IMG/VR virus record: IMGVR_UViG_3300012942_000033
Coordinates: 35,512-99,511 of that record
DNA from: a virus
Lineage: Duplodnaviria > Heunggongvirae > Uroviricota > Caudoviricetes
DNA: 64,000 nucleotides
Direction: 5' to 3' (one strand)
The notes beneath the pieces are model-generated. The model saw only the letters and a list, made by a program, of their open reading frames with translations. It was not told the DNA's origin and did no database searches. Below, piece by piece: positions 1 through 9,745 of this stretch. The position numbers and the translations under genes are program-made. Each line of letters begins with the position of its first letter. The first letter of the stretch is position 1.

Positions 1-1
1 T

Positions 2-469
2 CAGGTTCACCTGGAGGGCGTCTTCGAGACGCAGGATCTCTATGATAAATCTGACCGTAGCCGCCCAGAAACTTATGATCCGTCAGCTTTCAAGAAAGTT
101 CCTACAGAGCTCCTTCAGATCCGTGAAGTGATATATGAAGTTTTCAAAAGCGAAACGCCTATGCAGGTCATTGAGGAGAACCGAAAGATCCTTAACCTGA
201 TTGCCGGTGAAAAGGCCGAAAGAGGGGTGCTTGTCGATGAAGGTTTTGAAAAGGCGCCAGAGCGCGATCATAATGCTTCGGTGAAAGCGGCCAAGATCCA
301 TGCTGCCTCAATGTTGGCTGGGAATAAGCCAGAGCCTGAATTGGTTTCTGGTTTTGAGGAAACCGATGAAGAAGCTTTGGATAGGATGAAGGCAGCCCAG
401 GCCCATGCTGATTCTATGCTTGCTACTAACAAACCAGTTCCGCGATTGGTTGATGGTTTATTCGAATAA
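2..469 (+). CDS. hypothetical protein (5' partial; open frame continues to the window start)
   Basis: Frame is open from position 2 with no stop before 469. The ATG at 128 is internal, so the gene probably starts upstream of the window. Confidence 0.45.
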   Translation, partial: QVHLEGVFETQDLYDKSDRSRPETYDPSAFKKVPTELLQIREVIYEVFKSETPMQVIEENRKILNLIAGEKAERGVLVDEGFEKAPERDHNASVKAAKIHAASMLAGNKPEPELVSGFEETDEEALDRMKAAQAHADSMLATNKPVPRLVDGLFE

Positions 470-1485
470 TGACCCAGAATATCGTCTATGATACCCTGAT
501 TGGTTTGATGCCCGGAACCAGGAGGAGAACTGCCTCTGGTTGGACCGCAATGAACGGGGTGTGCTGTATCCATAATGGTGAGACACCAGATACTCGTCGG
601 AGAATGAGTATAGCAATGGGTGATGATGGCGTGAGCTGTTTGGTCTCCTGCTTCAACTGCAAGTTCAGAGCCATTTGGAAACCAGGTCAATTACTAGGAA
701 GGAAGATGACTTCCTTCCTAGGTTGGATGGGTATGTCAGATGAAGAGATCAAGAAACTAGGCTTCAAGATCTGGCAGGAACGCGAACGGCTCAAGTTGGA
801 TGCCAATTATGTGCCCCGAGAGGTCAAGCAGCTATCCTTCAATAAAACGACTCTACCAGAAGGCTCCAGGAATGTCCTGGAACTCCTCGATGAAGATTTC
901 GAGGATCCTAACTTCATTGATGTCATGGTTTACCTGATGGGTCGTGGCGAGGATATCATGAATGGCTATGACTTCTACTGGTCACCACTTAAAGATTATG
1001 ATCTGAATCGTCGCATTATCATACCGTTCAGATGGAATCATGAGATCGTTGGTTGGTCAGCTAGGGCTTCCTTCGCAACCAAATCACGTTATCATAGCAG
1101 CGTTCCTCATCACTATATCTTCAACACCGAAGTCACTGATAATGATTGGGAATATGTCTTCCTCTGTGAAGGGCCCTTTGATGCCATCGCAATAAACGGA
1201 GTGGCGAGTCTTGGTGACAAACTGAGCGAAGAGCAAATTCAATGGCTCAAGCATACTGGTAAGACCATCATTGTAGTTCCAGATATGCAGAAGGGTGGTG
1301 GCACTCTTGTGGATGTGGCAATTAGAGAAAATTGGCAGGTCAGCTTCCCCCGTTGGGATCAGGGTATCAAGGATGCAGCTGATGCGGTAAAAAGGTATGG
1401 CAAGCTCTACACCATTTGGTCCATTATTGACGCCAGAGTCTCCAACAAATTAGAAATCAATGTGCGACGACAGCGCCTACGATAA
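469..1485 (+). CDS. DNA primase (T4 gp61 / DnaG-like, zinc finger plus Toprim)
   Basis: N-terminal Cys/His zinc-binding motif (CCIHNGETPD...CLVSCFNC). C-terminal Toprim-like acidic motifs (CEGPFDAIAING...IIVVPDMQKGGG). Start overlaps the upstream stop (TAATGA). Sits next to the helicase as in T4-like replisomes. Confidence 0.7.
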   Translation: MTQNIVYDTLIGLMPGTRRRTASGWTAMNGVCCIHNGETPDTRRRMSIAMGDDGVSCLVSCFNCKFRAIWKPGQLLGRKMTSFLGWMGMSDEEIKKLGFKIWQERERLKLDANYVPREVKQLSFNKTTLPEGSRNVLELLDEDFEDPNFIDVMVYLMGRGEDIMNGYDFYWSPLKDYDLNRRIIIPFRWNHEIVGWSARASFATKSRYHSSVPHHYIFNTEVTDNDWEYVFLCEGPFDAIAINGVASLGDKLSEEQIQWLKHTGKTIIVVPDMQKGGGTLVDVAIRENWQVSFPRWDQGIKDAADAVKRYGKLYTIWSIIDARVSNKLEINVRRQRLR

Positions 1486-1505
1486 TAAGAGACCAGGAGG
1501 TCCAA

Positions 1506-3008
1506 TTGAGCCAAAGAAAAGACCAGGTAGAGCTCAAGGATTACAGTGAGGAAGTTCAAAAGGTCCTCATTCAGTTCATGCTTACCGACAACAGCGCTTT
1601 CGTGCGTTGTCAGAATATCATCAAACCAGAATACTGGAACGAGCGTCTGCGGCCCGCAGTTCGTTATATCCAGAAGTTTGCTAATGACTATCGCGCCCTA
1701 CCCACTCCAGAACAAGTGACGGCTGAGACTGGAATTGATACGCCAATCATTCCAAACGTACAACCGCAGCATACTGAGTGGTTTCTAGATACGGTCGCCG
1801 ACTTCTGTAAGCACAAAGCTATGGAAGCTCTGGTTTATGATGGGCCTACGCTCATAGCTACTGGTGATTATGCTGAATTAGAGCGTCGATCCAAAGAGAA
1901 CATGCTCATCAGTCTACAGACTGAACTGGGTACTGATTACTTTGGTGACCCCTTGGAACGCCTTGAGCGAATGAGGGATAGAACGGATACCACGCCAAGT
2001 GGTTGGCGAGACATTGATAGCAAACTCTACGGTGGTTTGAATCGTGGTGAGATCACCTTCTTCTGCGGTGGGCCTGGTACTGGTAAATCACTGTTCCTTC
2101 AGAATCTAGCACTCAACTGGGTTCAGATGGGTCTGAACGTCATCTACATCACGATGGAGCTCAGTGAGGAGCTCGTTGGTCTGCGCTTCGACGCAATGAT
2201 CACCGAGACTCCGACTAAGATGATCTTCAAGGATATCGAGGATGTCGCCATGCGCCTCGGTATGATGCGCAAATCCGGAGGTAAGGCGGCATCCTGGGGC
2301 AAACTCCAGATCAAGAAGATGCCTATGGCGGGTACGACCTCCAACATGATCCGCGCTTATCTTCAGGAGTATGAGATCCAGACAGGCCAGAAGCCAGATG
2401 CTATTCTGGTAGACTATCTCGATCTCATGATGCCTAATAGTGGCAAGATCAATATCAGTGATCAGTTCATCAAGGATAAGTTCACCTCAGAAGAGCTACG
2501 CGCACTTGCGGTGGAATGGAATATCCTTTGCGCCACGGCGTCACAGCTCAACCGTTCATCGATCCAAGAGCAAGATTTCGACGCAAGTCACATTGCTGGT
2601 GGTATCTCGAAGATCAACACCGCTGATAACGTGTTGGCTATCTTGACCACCGCGGCGATGAAAGACCGTGGTGAATACCAGATCCAATTCATGAAGACTC
2701 GATCGTCATCTGGTGTTGGCCAGAAGATCTTCCTCAAGATTGAGTCATCAACTCTGCGAATTACAGATGCGACTCAGGAGATGCTGGAAGGTAGAGGATC
2801 TGGTGTATCGGCAATTCAGGCTGGTCTACAGGCCAAGGTCAGCACAGTTGTTCCTAAGTCAATTGGCACATCATATGCGCCCGATAAGGGTCTTACAGGG
2901 CCAGCCGCGGAGAACCCCATTCTACAGCGCTCAACCATTGAGACAGCTGGTAAGATGGCCAAAGCTGGATCACAGTTGCGAGACATTGTGCTCAAGGGTC
3001 GAGACTAA
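1506..3008 (+). CDS. replicative DNA helicase (DnaB / T4 gp41-like)
   Basis: Walker A FFCGGPGTGKS. DnaB-family motifs (ITMELS, LVDYLDLM, ATASQLNRS). TTG start preceded by AGGAGG. Confidence 0.85.
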   Translation: MSQRKDQVELKDYSEEVQKVLIQFMLTDNSAFVRCQNIIKPEYWNERLRPAVRYIQKFANDYRALPTPEQVTAETGIDTPIIPNVQPQHTEWFLDTVADFCKHKAMEALVYDGPTLIATGDYAELERRSKENMLISLQTELGTDYFGDPLERLERMRDRTDTTPSGWRDIDSKLYGGLNRGEITFFCGGPGTGKSLFLQNLALNWVQMGLNVIYITMELSEELVGLRFDAMITETPTKMIFKDIEDVAMRLGMMRKSGGKAASWGKLQIKKMPMAGTTSNMIRAYLQEYEIQTGQKPDAILVDYLDLMMPNSGKINISDQFIKDKFTSEELRALAVEWNILCATASQLNRSSIQEQDFDASHIAGGISKINTADNVLAILTTAAMKDRGEYQIQFMKTRSSSGVGQKIFLKIESSTLRITDATQEMLEGRGSGVSAIQAGLQAKVSTVVPKSIGTSYAPDKGLTGPAAENPILQRSTIETAGKMAKAGSQLRDIVLKGRD

Positions 3009-3046
3009 GCAGAATTACTAAATACTCAGCTTACCAGTGAGGAGAA

Positions 3047-3331
3047 GTGTGGATGACTCGCCAACCCGACGACATCAGGAGGTACATCAGACTCACTGAA
3101 TCCTCATCCGTCGAGTTGGAAGACGATTTGGATCACATTGAAGTGCCTGATATCAATGACTCAGTTGATCTTATGCTCGAGGATATCAACGATATGGTCT
3201 TCAAGTTTCGTAGCTATAGCGAAGCAGATGTGAATCCTGATTACGCTCGTGGTATTGAGGAAGGATTGGCTCTTGCCGCCAACATGCTTGAGAGTTTGTT
3301 GGAACGCCATTCTGGTAACTCTAGCAAGTAA
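3047..3331 (+). CDS. hypothetical acidic protein
   Basis: ORF only; compact spacing; Shine-Dalgarno GAGGAGAAG upstream. Confidence 0.4.
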   Translation: MWMTRQPDDIRRYIRLTESSSVELEDDLDHIEVPDINDSVDLMLEDINDMVFKFRSYSEADVNPDYARGIEEGLALAANMLESLLERHSGNSSK

Positions 3332-3339
3332 GGGGTCCA

Positions 3340-3609
3340 ATGAAAGACGGTCGCGTAAAAAGTCTCATTGAAGAGCTCGATCTATTTGTTCCACAACGGG
3401 ATAAACACCAGATCATAGAAGCCCGTGCGAGTAATGTCATCGCCAGTGCTATGAATTTGGTCAGTTTGATCAATGAAAGTTTCACCGTTGAAGAAGCTGA
3501 GGAATTGAATCGTCGCCTTTTCAACGCTATCAAGAACCAAGATCCTGACAAGTTCAACAGGAAGGTCAGAGAGTTTCGTAAGATTGAGGAGGGCAAACGT
3601 GGCAAATAA
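3340..3609 (+). CDS. hypothetical protein
   Basis: ORF in series with its neighbours; charged helical composition. Confidence 0.4.
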   Translation: MKDGRVKSLIEELDLFVPQRDKHQIIEARASNVIASAMNLVSLINESFTVEEAEELNRRLFNAIKNQDPDKFNRKVREFRKIEEGKRGK

Positions 3610-4564
3610 TAGTGACGATATCCGCCGTCTTATGAATCTCATGGAAGGCATCCGAGAACCAACCCTCTTGGAAGGTTGGGTAGATGGTCTGAAGAATAAG
3701 ATCCATGGGCACCTGGGAAACCAGCAGCGCAAGCAGATGGCCAATGAGCTCAAGAAGGAATATTACACCTGGCTCGGTCAGACCGATCGCCGCGGAACCA
3801 TTGATGATATGGTTCGTTTCATGGCTTATCGCATTGGTTTCAAGGATGATGACATTGAGGCCGTGCTATCCAGGATCGGATATGATTCCAATGAGATCGA
3901 ATCAGCGGAAGATGATGAAGAAGAGGATCGGCCAGAACAGACGATCAGAAAGGGTTCAGAGGTTCAGGATGATCCAGAGGAAGAACCTGAATCCGATGAG
4001 CCCAAGGAACCCGAGGAAGTCACTGACGATCCTAGGAAGTACAAGGCATCCAATGGTGAATGGGATCGCAAGCGAATTAGCGCCCGTTTGGATAAGCTAC
4101 CCTTGGGTACAAAGTTGGTTTTGGGTTCAAGCAAATTCGTTCGTTCACTTGGTGATAAGGCCGAACAAACCGCTGAAAGCATCGTTGAAGATAATGGCTC
4201 GGATGAACTGATCTCCAAGGAGATGGTTAATCAGATTATGGATGCCAGTGCTACCAGGGTTAATGATCAATATCTTCTAAACGGGCCAGCTCGTGATGCT
4301 GAAGCAGCTATGATGACTCGAAGAGGTAGGAAGGGCCAAGGTCAGGCATCACCCAATATCCCCAATAAGGAAGGGTCGGGCCGCTATGACTCCAAGGAGA
4401 TGGTCAACATCCTGAAGTCAGACTTCCAGATCAATAACGCTAACTCCTTCGCCGATACGCTGACTCGCAAGGTTATGAAGGCGCCTAGTATTTCGAGCCT
4501 CAGTGATAACGACATGCATGATCTGGCTCTCCTGGGTTGGGCGTTGATTCGCGCCCGCAACTAA
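3584..4564 (+). CDS. hypothetical protein
   Basis: 326-aa ORF with an acidic central region. The internal out-of-frame ORF 3705..4211 is treated as spurious. Confidence 0.5.
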   Translation: MRRANVANNSDDIRRLMNLMEGIREPTLLEGWVDGLKNKIHGHLGNQQRKQMANELKKEYYTWLGQTDRRGTIDDMVRFMAYRIGFKDDDIEAVLSRIGYDSNEIESAEDDEEEDRPEQTIRKGSEVQDDPEEEPESDEPKEPEEVTDDPRKYKASNGEWDRKRISARLDKLPLGTKLVLGSSKFVRSLGDKAEQTAESIVEDNGSDELISKEMVNQIMDASATRVNDQYLLNGPARDAEAAMMTRRGRKGQGQASPNIPNKEGSGRYDSKEMVNILKSDFQINNANSFADTLTRKVMKAPSISSLSDNDMHDLALLGWALIRARN

Positions 4565-4572
4565 ATTGAAAT

Positions 4573-5769
4573 TTGAGCACCACATCTGCTAGATGTGGTG
4601 ACATGCCCAGCATTCCACATTTTGAAGATCTGAGTGCTCGAGAGATCTACGAGTCTCTTGACCTCAACTGGTCTGTCAGTGAAAAACTAGATGGTTCCTA
4701 CTTGGAAGCCGGTCTAGACGATGATGGATTCTTCTACAGCCACCGTAAGGGTGGTGAGCGGAATTATCATGTGAATGATTGGCCCGATGAGTGTTGGGCT
4801 GCCACCTATCGCATTGCTCATGACATGGCCGGAATGCTCATTGAGGCATTGCTCAAGGAACAAGCAATCAGCCCTGGCAACTATATGGGATTTGAGATCA
4901 TCCATGGAAATTGGCCCAATGTGGTCAGATACAATATACAGCCACCACATAACGGCGTCATGGTTATCACGACTATCTCCTGGAAGCCATCAACTACCTT
5001 CTACACCGTTATTGAGCGTTTCTCCACATTCTACAGGGCTCCAGTTCGCCGAAGTAGTGATGGTATAACGAGTCAGGTTGTGATGGAAGATCAGGATTGG
5101 GTGATCAAACCCAATCCTCAGATAGTTCCAGAATTAGTTCAAGCACGACTCAATCCATCGGCCCAGAGAGTTCGTAAGGTTCTCGATATATGGTTCCCCC
5201 AGGAGAGTAAGGTAGAAGGGTTCACGGTTGCTGAAATCCTTGATATCAATTTGGCCCGCAAGCATGAGAAATGTGGTGACCGCAATTGGAATGACCTACG
5301 CCGTGAACTCAAAAGGGAACGCGATCAACTTAGAGAATCCTTCCTGTCTTTGACTCTGCTATTCAAAGATGCCGCGTACAAGGTTCTAGTCGATGAAATG
5401 CCGAGTGTGTTGGGCGCAGGCTCCAGAAAGGAAGGAGTAGTCGTGCTGACGCCCAGAGGGCTGTTTAAGATAGTTAATCGTGACAGCTTCCTGGAGTCTA
5501 ATCTCTTCATCCACCGAATCAAATACATGCTGGTTGGTGGTCGGAGACCAGTCAGACCTTGCTTCTTGAGCCGAACCAAAGATTGGTCCTTGGAGAAGCG
5601 GTTACTGAGACTCAACACCCTCCTTTACCGGTATATGGCTCATAGGAATCGCCTGAGGCTTGTTGAGGATTATGGCTACACTCAGGAGATAGGTTACACC
5701 GGTGACCTACACCAACGCATGTTGAACCTATTCGCTGACACAAGAAAGAGAATCGAAGATGGGCGGTAA
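4573..5769 (+). CDS. ATP-dependent RNA/DNA ligase-like nucleotidyltransferase (Rnl1-like)
   Basis: Motif I-like SEKLDGSY (KxDG, compare T4 Rnl1 KEDG). Later EGVVVLTPRGLFKIVNRD resembles ligase motifs IV and V. Confidence 0.45.
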   Translation: MSTTSARCGDMPSIPHFEDLSAREIYESLDLNWSVSEKLDGSYLEAGLDDDGFFYSHRKGGERNYHVNDWPDECWAATYRIAHDMAGMLIEALLKEQAISPGNYMGFEIIHGNWPNVVRYNIQPPHNGVMVITTISWKPSTTFYTVIERFSTFYRAPVRRSSDGITSQVVMEDQDWVIKPNPQIVPELVQARLNPSAQRVRKVLDIWFPQESKVEGFTVAEILDINLARKHEKCGDRNWNDLRRELKRERDQLRESFLSLTLLFKDAAYKVLVDEMPSVLGAGSRKEGVVVLTPRGLFKIVNRDSFLESNLFIHRIKYMLVGGRRPVRPCFLSRTKDWSLEKRLLRLNTLLYRYMAHRNRLRLVEDYGYTQEIGYTGDLHQRMLNLFADTRKRIEDGR

Positions 5770-6652
5770 GGCATTCGAAGGGATAACTCGTCGAGTTACT
5801 AAGGATGAGGTAGCCTCCACGGTCACTTGGTTCATGAACGCATGGCCCGATTGGAACCTCAATCCAACACTCAACCTGCATCAGGCCCTCCTAGGTAGTG
5901 CGGGTAAGAATGAGACTTCCGGTGACATTGATTTGAACCTAGAGATTACATCATTTGATCAAACCAAGGTAGCTCAGCAAATAATTGAGCTCTTGGGTGA
6001 AGATAAGGTGAAACCAAGACCAGGCCATAACCAGATCTTTACCGCTGTTCCAATCAGTGGTGATCCAGCAAATGGTTACGTTCAGGTTGATCTGATGTTC
6101 GGTGATTATGTGTGGCAGAAGTTCAGTTACTTCTCACCTGAATACACTGACACGATTTCGTGGAGTGGTTTGAATCGCTGCGCGAGTGGCTTCAAAGGGC
6201 TTTATCGAACCGAGTTTATCAAGGCTCTAGTGGCTTTCAATTCCGATTGGGTATTGGAAGAAGGCGGCAAGATGATCGCCAGGGTTGGCCCTACCTTCTT
6301 TCATGATAAAGGCCTGGTGTGGCGCTATCGTCACCGTCCCATGCGAAAGGATGGCAAGGGCCGTATTCAGGCCCTTGTTGAGCTCAATAAGGATGACTTC
6401 CTTGCAATCTATCCAACTGCCATGCCTGCTAAGGCGAATGTGATCAATGATCCTGAGACGGTAGCAAAGCTTCTGTTTGATAACAAGGTGGCATCATCTG
6501 ACCTCAATACTTTGGAGTATATGGCGCGACTCCTTCGTCGACACTATGATCGTGACCAAATCAATAAGATCATCCAGATCTACCATGAACGGTTAAATAG
6601 CCTGAAGGTTGAGATACCTCTGAGTAAGTTTCGTCAGATTTGGTTGAGGTGA
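5759..6652 (+). CDS. Pol-beta superfamily nucleotidyltransferase
   Basis: LLGSAGKNETSGDIDLNLEI matches the hG[GS]x(9-13)DhD nucleotidyltransferase signature. Subfamily cannot be resolved from sequence alone. Confidence 0.45.
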   Translation: MGGKAFEGITRRVTKDEVASTVTWFMNAWPDWNLNPTLNLHQALLGSAGKNETSGDIDLNLEITSFDQTKVAQQIIELLGEDKVKPRPGHNQIFTAVPISGDPANGYVQVDLMFGDYVWQKFSYFSPEYTDTISWSGLNRCASGFKGLYRTEFIKALVAFNSDWVLEEGGKMIARVGPTFFHDKGLVWRYRHRPMRKDGKGRIQALVELNKDDFLAIYPTAMPAKANVINDPETVAKLLFDNKVASSDLNTLEYMARLLRRHYDRDQINKIIQIYHERLNSLKVEIPLSKFRQIWLR

Positions 6653-6656
6653 TGAT

Positions 6657-6842
6657 ATGCGTTGGAGCGAAATCGTAAATGAGACAGCTAGTGCTGGAGC
6701 AAGTTCTGCTGGAGGTGTAGCTACTTGCGTAGGTGGTCTTGGTGCTGGATTTGATCCTAATGGTCACAAGGGTATCTATGATACCGCAGAACGCAAGAAG
6801 AAGCGCAAGAAAGCCAAAACTTCCCCTATTATCCGTCGCTAA
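6657..6842 (+). CDS. small hypothetical protein (Gly/Ala-rich, basic C-terminus)
   Basis: ORF with a Shine-Dalgarno site. N-terminus MRWSEI is identical to that of ORF 14643..15008. Confidence 0.4.
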   Translation: MRWSEIVNETASAGASSAGGVATCVGGLGAGFDPNGHKGIYDTAERKKKRKKAKTSPIIRR

Positions 6843-6855
6843 ATGAACAACCTGA

Positions 6856-6863
6856 CTAAATAG
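6856..6863 (+). promoter_or_regulatory. candidate T4-type late promoter element (CTAAATAG)
   Basis: CTAAATA lies about 35 nt upstream of the ATG at 6898. The same motif precedes genes at 12334, 36260 and 37292. It resembles the TATAAATA / CTAAATA late-promoter box of T4-like phages. Confidence 0.4.
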
Positions 6864-6897
6864 AGATAACAGAAACTCTCTACTAGGAGATTTACAA

Positions 6898-7275
6898 ATG
6901 GCTTCTTACAAGATTCATGGTTGGTCCAAGGCACCTGATCAGTTCCTGACTGGTGGTCTTCCAATGTACACGGTCACCGTTACCAATGTTGACCTTACTG
7001 TAATGACCCCTGCTGATGCAGATGATGGCGAGCAGCACAATGTCGCTCTCGATAAGCTCGTTGAGCTCATCTCGACTCGTGCACAGCCTGTTGTTATTGG
7101 TACTGTTGGTCAGCATAGCTTCCGTTTTGCTGTTGAGCATGACGACGCTTTCGGTGGCACTGATTCCAGTGATAACGAGACCCTAGCTGGTTTTACGGCA
7201 AAGGTTCAGGCTGGTCTACAGGCAGCTCTAGATGACGACACCGTCACTGTTGCTATTGCTGCGTTCGTATTCTAA
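6898..7275 (+). CDS. hypothetical protein (probably highly expressed, possibly virion-associated)
   Basis: Strong Shine-Dalgarno site (TAGGAGA), late-promoter-like motif upstream and a strong terminator immediately downstream. Confidence 0.6.
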   Translation: MASYKIHGWSKAPDQFLTGGLPMYTVTVTNVDLTVMTPADADDGEQHNVALDKLVELISTRAQPVVIGTVGQHSFRFAVEHDDAFGGTDSSDNETLAGFTAKVQAGLQAALDDDTVTVAIAAFVF

Positions 7276-7298
7276 TCCTCGATTAGAACCGAAGACAG

Positions 7299-7336
7299 AA
7301 AAGCCCGCTAGCCGTAAAGACTAGCGGGCTTTTTGC
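7299..7336. terminator. bidirectional rho-independent terminator
   Basis: AAAAGCCCGCTAG-loop-CTAGCGGGCTTTTT lies between the convergent genes 6898..7275 (+) and 7349..7657 (-). It is A-rich on one side and T-rich on the other. Confidence 0.75.
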
Positions 7337-7348
7337 TGACTGGATGAA

Positions 7349-7657
7349 TTAGGCTGCGATGATCTCGAGCTTCGGCGCCTTGCGGGCCGGCTTGGTCTCC
7401 GGCGTATTCGCGGCATCGAAACGAGCGATCTGGGCCGTGGTCGGAATCTTGATGCCGTTGCCGAACCGATCAGCAAACCGATCACGATCCGCTGGCATTT
7501 CGAAATCGGCAACCACGTTGGCTGCTTCCTTGTTATCGTAGGCGAAGACCGAAACCTTCAGGCCCTTGAGGTAGCTGTAGATGCGCTGACGCTCGTTCTC
7601 GTTGGAGAAACGGGCGATACCCCGGTGACGATGAGTCGTATGATTACCATTGAGCAT
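7349..7657 (-). CDS. hypothetical protein
   Basis: 102-aa ORF ending at the bidirectional terminator. Confidence 0.5.
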   Translation of the reverse strand: MLNGNHTTHRHRGIARFSNENERQRIYSYLKGLKVSVFAYDNKEAANVVADFEMPADRDRFADRFGNGIKIPTTAQIARFDAANTPETKPARKAPKLEIIAA

Positions 7658-7714
7658 TTGTTGATCTCCTTTCTGTCTCCAGTAATAACAGAGAACTGGA
7701 AAGGGTCAACCTGT

Positions 7715-9376
7715 TTATTGGTCTGATATCAGGTGTGTGACATCTCGAACAACACTTTGAATTTCAATGAGTTTACCTTCTTCATCAAAGATGCCCCGAT
7801 CGATCCAATCCTGCCAACGGATCTCATCATGGCGTTGAATGCGATGAACGCCCCGTCTAACTTCATGCTCGGGCCGAATAGCTAACATGTAATCTTTGAA
7901 CTTCTGGTGATCACTCGGTGGTATCACCTCAAAGAGTGAGAAGCCGTTGATATCCTCGAGTTCTACATCAAAGTAGTCTCGAAAGGTCTGGTTGCTGAAG
8001 GTGATCTCGAAATTACTGTTGAAGCAGACCACCATATCAATGGTGTTATCGATGATCGTCTTGTAACGCTCTCGAGCTGTCTTGAGTTGGGTCTCGATAT
8101 CCTTGAACTCTGTGACATCACGCACGATCGCGATACGAGCCTCTGCGTTATCCCACTCAATAGCTCTACTGTTTACTGCGACCTCCTTGACATCACCCTC
8201 TTTAGTCAGGAACAGAGTCTCGTAGGATTTATCACTAACCAGGTCGGCGTCAGCGATGATCTTCTCGCGTTCCAAAGGATGAAGAAGATCGAAAGGATTG
8301 AGTTTCTCCAATTCAGTGTCATTGTAACCAGTCAGATTATAGGCTCGCTCGTTCCAATCCATGAGCTTCTTATAGTTGTGGATGAACATGGATTCCGATG
8401 ATGCGTCACTGAATGCTCTGAAATGTGATTCGCTCCGACTCAAATCCGTGTAGGCTTTCTTGAGCTCAGTGGTATCGTAGAAAACCAGAATCCATTGAAC
8501 TGCCTGATAGCCTTTGAAAATTGGTGTGATATGAACGTCAAACCACAGCTTCTTAGTGTCTTTGAATTCCAACTGAACCTCGTGGCGGGCGGTGATTTCC
8601 TCTCCTAGCGTTCGGCGCACCTTCCAGTAGGATTGGTCAATACCCAGGATATCTCGGAGATTCCTCTTACTAAGTTCGGCTCGGGTGGTATTGGTGATAC
8701 GCGCAAAGCCTTCATTGACGAATGTGATTTTATAGTCAGGGTCGTTCTTCTCAAGAATCACGAAACCAGTATTCGATGAATCAATCGTCGTAAGTAGCTC
8801 TTGATTCTTCTCGGCTAGCTCTTTCATGATCTTCGAGCTGCGAACTCTGTGAGTCACATTGCGGATCAGAATGATGTAATAGGTCTTGCTGTTGCTACGG
8901 GTGAATTTGCTCGCGCCGACATCAACGTAAATCTTGGCACCATCCTGGCAGATACCCATGAACTCTTCATAATGAACTGTCGCAAAGTCGTCTTCTTCAT
9001 TGACCTGCCCCATCATGTTTTCCATGAAGTCAGAATTAACGACCACTCCATCATCGAAATGAAAGAGGAGTGAGATGCTCTTGCCAATGACCTGGCGTTT
9101 CTTCCAGCCAAACATCGTTTCAGCAGCTGGGTTGAAGCTCTCAATGTTGCCATTGGTATCGACGAGTAGAAGGGCGTCACTTAGGAGTCTGGATGTTTGG
9201 TCGATCTGGTTCGCGTAGTCATCAATTCGGGCCTGGAGTGCGGTTGTGACATCCTGAGCTAGATCCATTGTGCCCTTGGCGGCCTTCTCTAGAGCTTCGC
9301 TACTATCGAGGGCCGCCTGTAGACTTGCTGATCTTGCTTTCTTCCGATCTTCCTTGGATTGCCCGAACCACTTCAT
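7715..9376 (-). CDS. multi-PAS domain protein (about four PAS/PAC repeats, no recognisable output domain)
   Basis: PAS-like segments recur, for example LLLVDTNGNIESFNPAAETMFGW, FVILEKNDPDYKITFVNEGFARITN, MFIHNYKKLMDWNERAYNLTGY and MVVCFNSNFEITFSNQTFRDYF. No HisKA, GGDEF or HTH domain is seen. Confidence 0.7.
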   Translation of the reverse strand: MKWFGQSKEDRKKARSASLQAALDSSEALEKAAKGTMDLAQDVTTALQARIDDYANQIDQTSRLLSDALLLVDTNGNIESFNPAAETMFGWKKRQVIGKSISLLFHFDDGVVVNSDFMENMMGQVNEEDDFATVHYEEFMGICQDGAKIYVDVGASKFTRSNSKTYYIILIRNVTHRVRSSKIMKELAEKNQELLTTIDSSNTGFVILEKNDPDYKITFVNEGFARITNTTRAELSKRNLRDILGIDQSYWKVRRTLGEEITARHEVQLEFKDTKKLWFDVHITPIFKGYQAVQWILVFYDTTELKKAYTDLSRSESHFRAFSDASSESMFIHNYKKLMDWNERAYNLTGYNDTELEKLNPFDLLHPLEREKIIADADLVSDKSYETLFLTKEGDVKEVAVNSRAIEWDNAEARIAIVRDVTEFKDIETQLKTARERYKTIIDNTIDMVVCFNSNFEITFSNQTFRDYFDVELEDINGFSLFEVIPPSDHQKFKDYMLAIRPEHEVRRGVHRIQRHDEIRWQDWIDRGIFDEEGKLIEIQSVVRDVTHLISDQ

Positions 9377-9377
9377 T

Positions 9378-9623
9378 TTACAGCTTCGACTTGATCTCTA
9401 TGAGAACCATTTTGAGGCCGTTTAGGGCCTCAGTGATCGTGATGTTGTTTTTGGAGTAATCGTCAATGATCTTGTAGATTTTCTCATCCTTCTTCTCGAG
9501 CTGCTTCATCAACCTGAAGCAATACCACCCGAGAGCCATGATGATGCCAAGGAGAATAGCCGTCAAAGCACCGGCCTCACCCTTGGCGATGAGAGAGACA
9601 ATGCTTTGAATCAAATCACCCAT
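9378..9623 (-). CDS. small membrane protein
   Basis: 81 aa with one hydrophobic transmembrane-like segment. Stop and start abut the PAS gene. Confidence 0.5.
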   Translation of the reverse strand: MGDLIQSIVSLIAKGEAGALTAILLGIIMALGWYCFRLMKQLEKKDEKIYKIIDDYSKNNITITEALNGLKMVLIEIKSKL

Positions 9624-9745
9624 GCGTTGTCTCCTTAATGCGACCTTATACCATATTTACCCAAAACGCTTTGCGGCCAGGTTGTTATCTGCTTACATTT
9701 CATTGGCCTTTTGAGTGATATGGTAAATATCACGTATTCCACTTT

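Noticed and set aside
3705-4211. 168-aa alternative-frame ORF inside 3584..4564
   Set aside because: It is internal and out of frame to a longer ORF in the co-oriented gene series. The Arg/Ser/Pro-rich composition is typical of off-frame translation.
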